Origin: an uncultured delta proteobacterium
Lineage (GTDB): Bacteria > Desulfobacterota > Binatia > UBA9968
DNA length: 64,000 nucleotides
Direction: 5' to 3'
Assembly (NCBI GenBank): GCA_963755715.1
Contig: CAVWLW010000074.1
Coordinates: 64,001 to 128,000, forward strand
In this document: one piece after another, positions 62,800 through 64,000 of the stretch
Layout: each line of letters starts with the position of its first letter
How positions within the stretch are numbered: position 1 is the stretch's first letter
Made by a program: the position numbers and the translations under genes
The notes under the pieces: model-generated
Databases searched by the model: none
Told to the model about the DNA's origin: nothing
What the model saw: the letters and a program-made list of their open reading frames with translations, nothing else

Positions 62800-63086
62800 G
62801 TTCGCAACGGCCGGCCTGTGAAGAGCATCCGAACCGCGTTCGAACGGGCAATTGAAAAAGCGGCGATCGAAGATCTACGATTGCACGATTTCCGACATAC
62901 GTGCATTAGGCGCTGGGCTACGGAGGGAATTCCGCAGCGATCATAGCCGCGGCCGGACACCATTCGATCGAGCAGAACAACGACTACGTGAACATGAAAG
63001 ACGATCATCTTCGAGCAGCCTTCAAATTGTTTACACCACGTTTACACGGTAAACCGGTTGAAAATCAGTGCGTCGCAAGTTATTGA
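62800..63086 (+). pseudogene. Tyrosine recombinase/integrase C-terminal remnant
   Basis: LRLHDFRHT (HxxR), then frameshifted AAAGHHSIEQNNDYVN (GH...Y catalytic); N-terminal part deleted. Confidence 0.85.
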
Positions 63087-63096
63087 TTTTACTTAC

Positions 63097-63182
63097 GCCC
63101 GGATGGTGGAATAGGTAGACACAAGGGACTTAAAATCCCTCGGACCGAAAGGTCTGTGCCGGTTCGAGTCCGGCTCCGGGCA
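63097..63182 (+). tRNA. tRNA-Leu (anticodon TAA), CCA not encoded
   Basis: Acceptor GCCCGGA/TCCGGGC+A, anticodon stem AGGGA/TCCCT with TAA at 63131-63133, long variable arm, GGTTCGAGTCC T arm. Confidence 0.96.
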
Positions 63183-63326
63183 TCACATCCAATTACAATT
63201 AAATGGGTAAAATCATGTTGCGCATGGTTTTTAACAAAGCAAATTGACGAGCGGTTTGCGACGCAATTATCCGCGATTGTGTTATGGGAGTTGACGAAGT
63301 AGCCGCTGTCACGAAAGGCATAACCC

Positions 63327-63861
63327 ATGTCTGTGATCACTGAGATCGCGCGCGTGTTGCGTGATCAGTTCGTCGCTCTCATCTTGGATAACGAGGTGAC
63401 GGTGGGAGAATTCGTCGTGCAACCGCCGCTTCCTTGGCTTCGGCTCGTCCAGGAGAACGGTGTCTTTAGAGTAGCGCAGGGCTATCCCACGGTCTTGAGC
63501 GCCGCGCAAGCCAAGTTCGAGATGAAGAACTGGGATCAGGTTTCTGGGCCGAGCATTCAACGCGCTTTAGACGGAAATCAATGGCGGCGTAGACTATGTG
63601 CTATTCGGCAACAATGCCGGACAAGGCCTGCCGCTGGCGCAGAGTCTGGCGCCAGACTTGATCACCGAACACGCCGCGATTATCTATGCCAACAGTCTGC
63701 CGGAGAAAAAAATCTATGAGCAATTGGGTTACCGGACTTTTTTTCGCCGCCGCGAGGCGGTGTCCCGCCTTTTGGAAGTGTCCGCCAGCGCAACCCGCCC
63801 GCTAGCGCTCTGTTTCATCAATACCATCCAACATAACGAGCTTAACTACCACGATCCGTAG
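63327..63861 (+). CDS. Hypothetical protein, split by a +1 frameshift near 63575
   Basis: Two overlapping ORFs (63327-63719, 63598-63861) join if one base of ACGGAAATC is removed. Confidence 0.6.
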
Positions 63862-64000
63862 TCGACCTGCATCAACGCAGACGGCGAAACGGCGCGCGCT
63901 GGAAACATCCGACTAAGATGCCGCTCGTTGCTCGTGGCAAGACGCGTCGGGATTACGAGTCGCCACCTTGCAATAAGAAGGCGCAGGACTGTTGAGCTGC

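Larger units (their letters stand above)
60206..63120. mobile_element. Decayed tyrosine-integrase genomic islet integrated at tRNA-Leu(TAA)
   Basis: 25-bp perfect direct repeat CGCCCGGATGGTGGAATAGGTAGAC at 60206-60230 and 63096-63120; integrase remnant; visibly more AT-rich small-ORF cargo. Confidence 0.8.

Noticed and set aside
62176-62946. 256-aa ORF as an intact integrase
   Set aside because: Only the last ~50 aa resemble an integrase; the rest overlaps the PEP-CTERM gene, its promoter and a receiver remnant
60207-63182. tRNA-Leu(UAA) interrupted by a group I intron, or a split tRNA
   Set aside because: The downstream copy is complete by itself, the 5' part is duplicated rather than split at the anticodon, and I saw no group I core motifs
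1-64000. CRISPR array, rRNA, IS transposase or defence system
   Set aside because: No regularly spaced repeats, rRNA-like sequence or such protein motifs were seen

Overview
GC-rich bacterial chromosomal segment, mostly housekeeping. Gene content and order look deltaproteobacterium-like; Candidatus Binatia/Binatota is plausible but this is inference only. From left to right it holds: the 3' part of a stand-alone EF-G; an amidohydrolase/GGT/dehydrogenase/LLM catabolic cluster; a complete ccmABCDEFGH cytochrome c maturation operon (minus strand); icd-mdh-sucCD-ndk-rlmN-mtnP-pfkB; nucleotide-sugar genes; lepAB; an Lhr helicase; a Mo-hydroxylase large subunit; yceD-rpmF-plsX-fabD-fabG-acpP; rpiB-glyA-nrdR-ribD-ribE-ribBA-ribH-nusB-leuS-lptE; rpsT; tatC; and hppA. 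Six apparent frameshifts and one apparent gene fusion are each repaired by removing one duplicated base, which points to long-read insertion errors rather than pseudogenes. The most unusual feature is a decayed ~2.9 kb integrative element (60206-63120). It appears to have inserted into the 5' (D-arm) end of tRNA-Leu(TAA), leaving a 48-nt tRNA-like mini-gene plus terminator at the presumed host promoter and the intact tRNA at the far end. Arm-type repeats, an IHF site, an integrase remnant and a sigma54-driven PEP-CTERM gene are also present. Other notable items are a RibBA with a catalytically degenerate RibB domain, a triad-less S1C/PDZ pseudoprotease coupled to a radical SAM gene, and an amidohydrolase with altered metal ligands.
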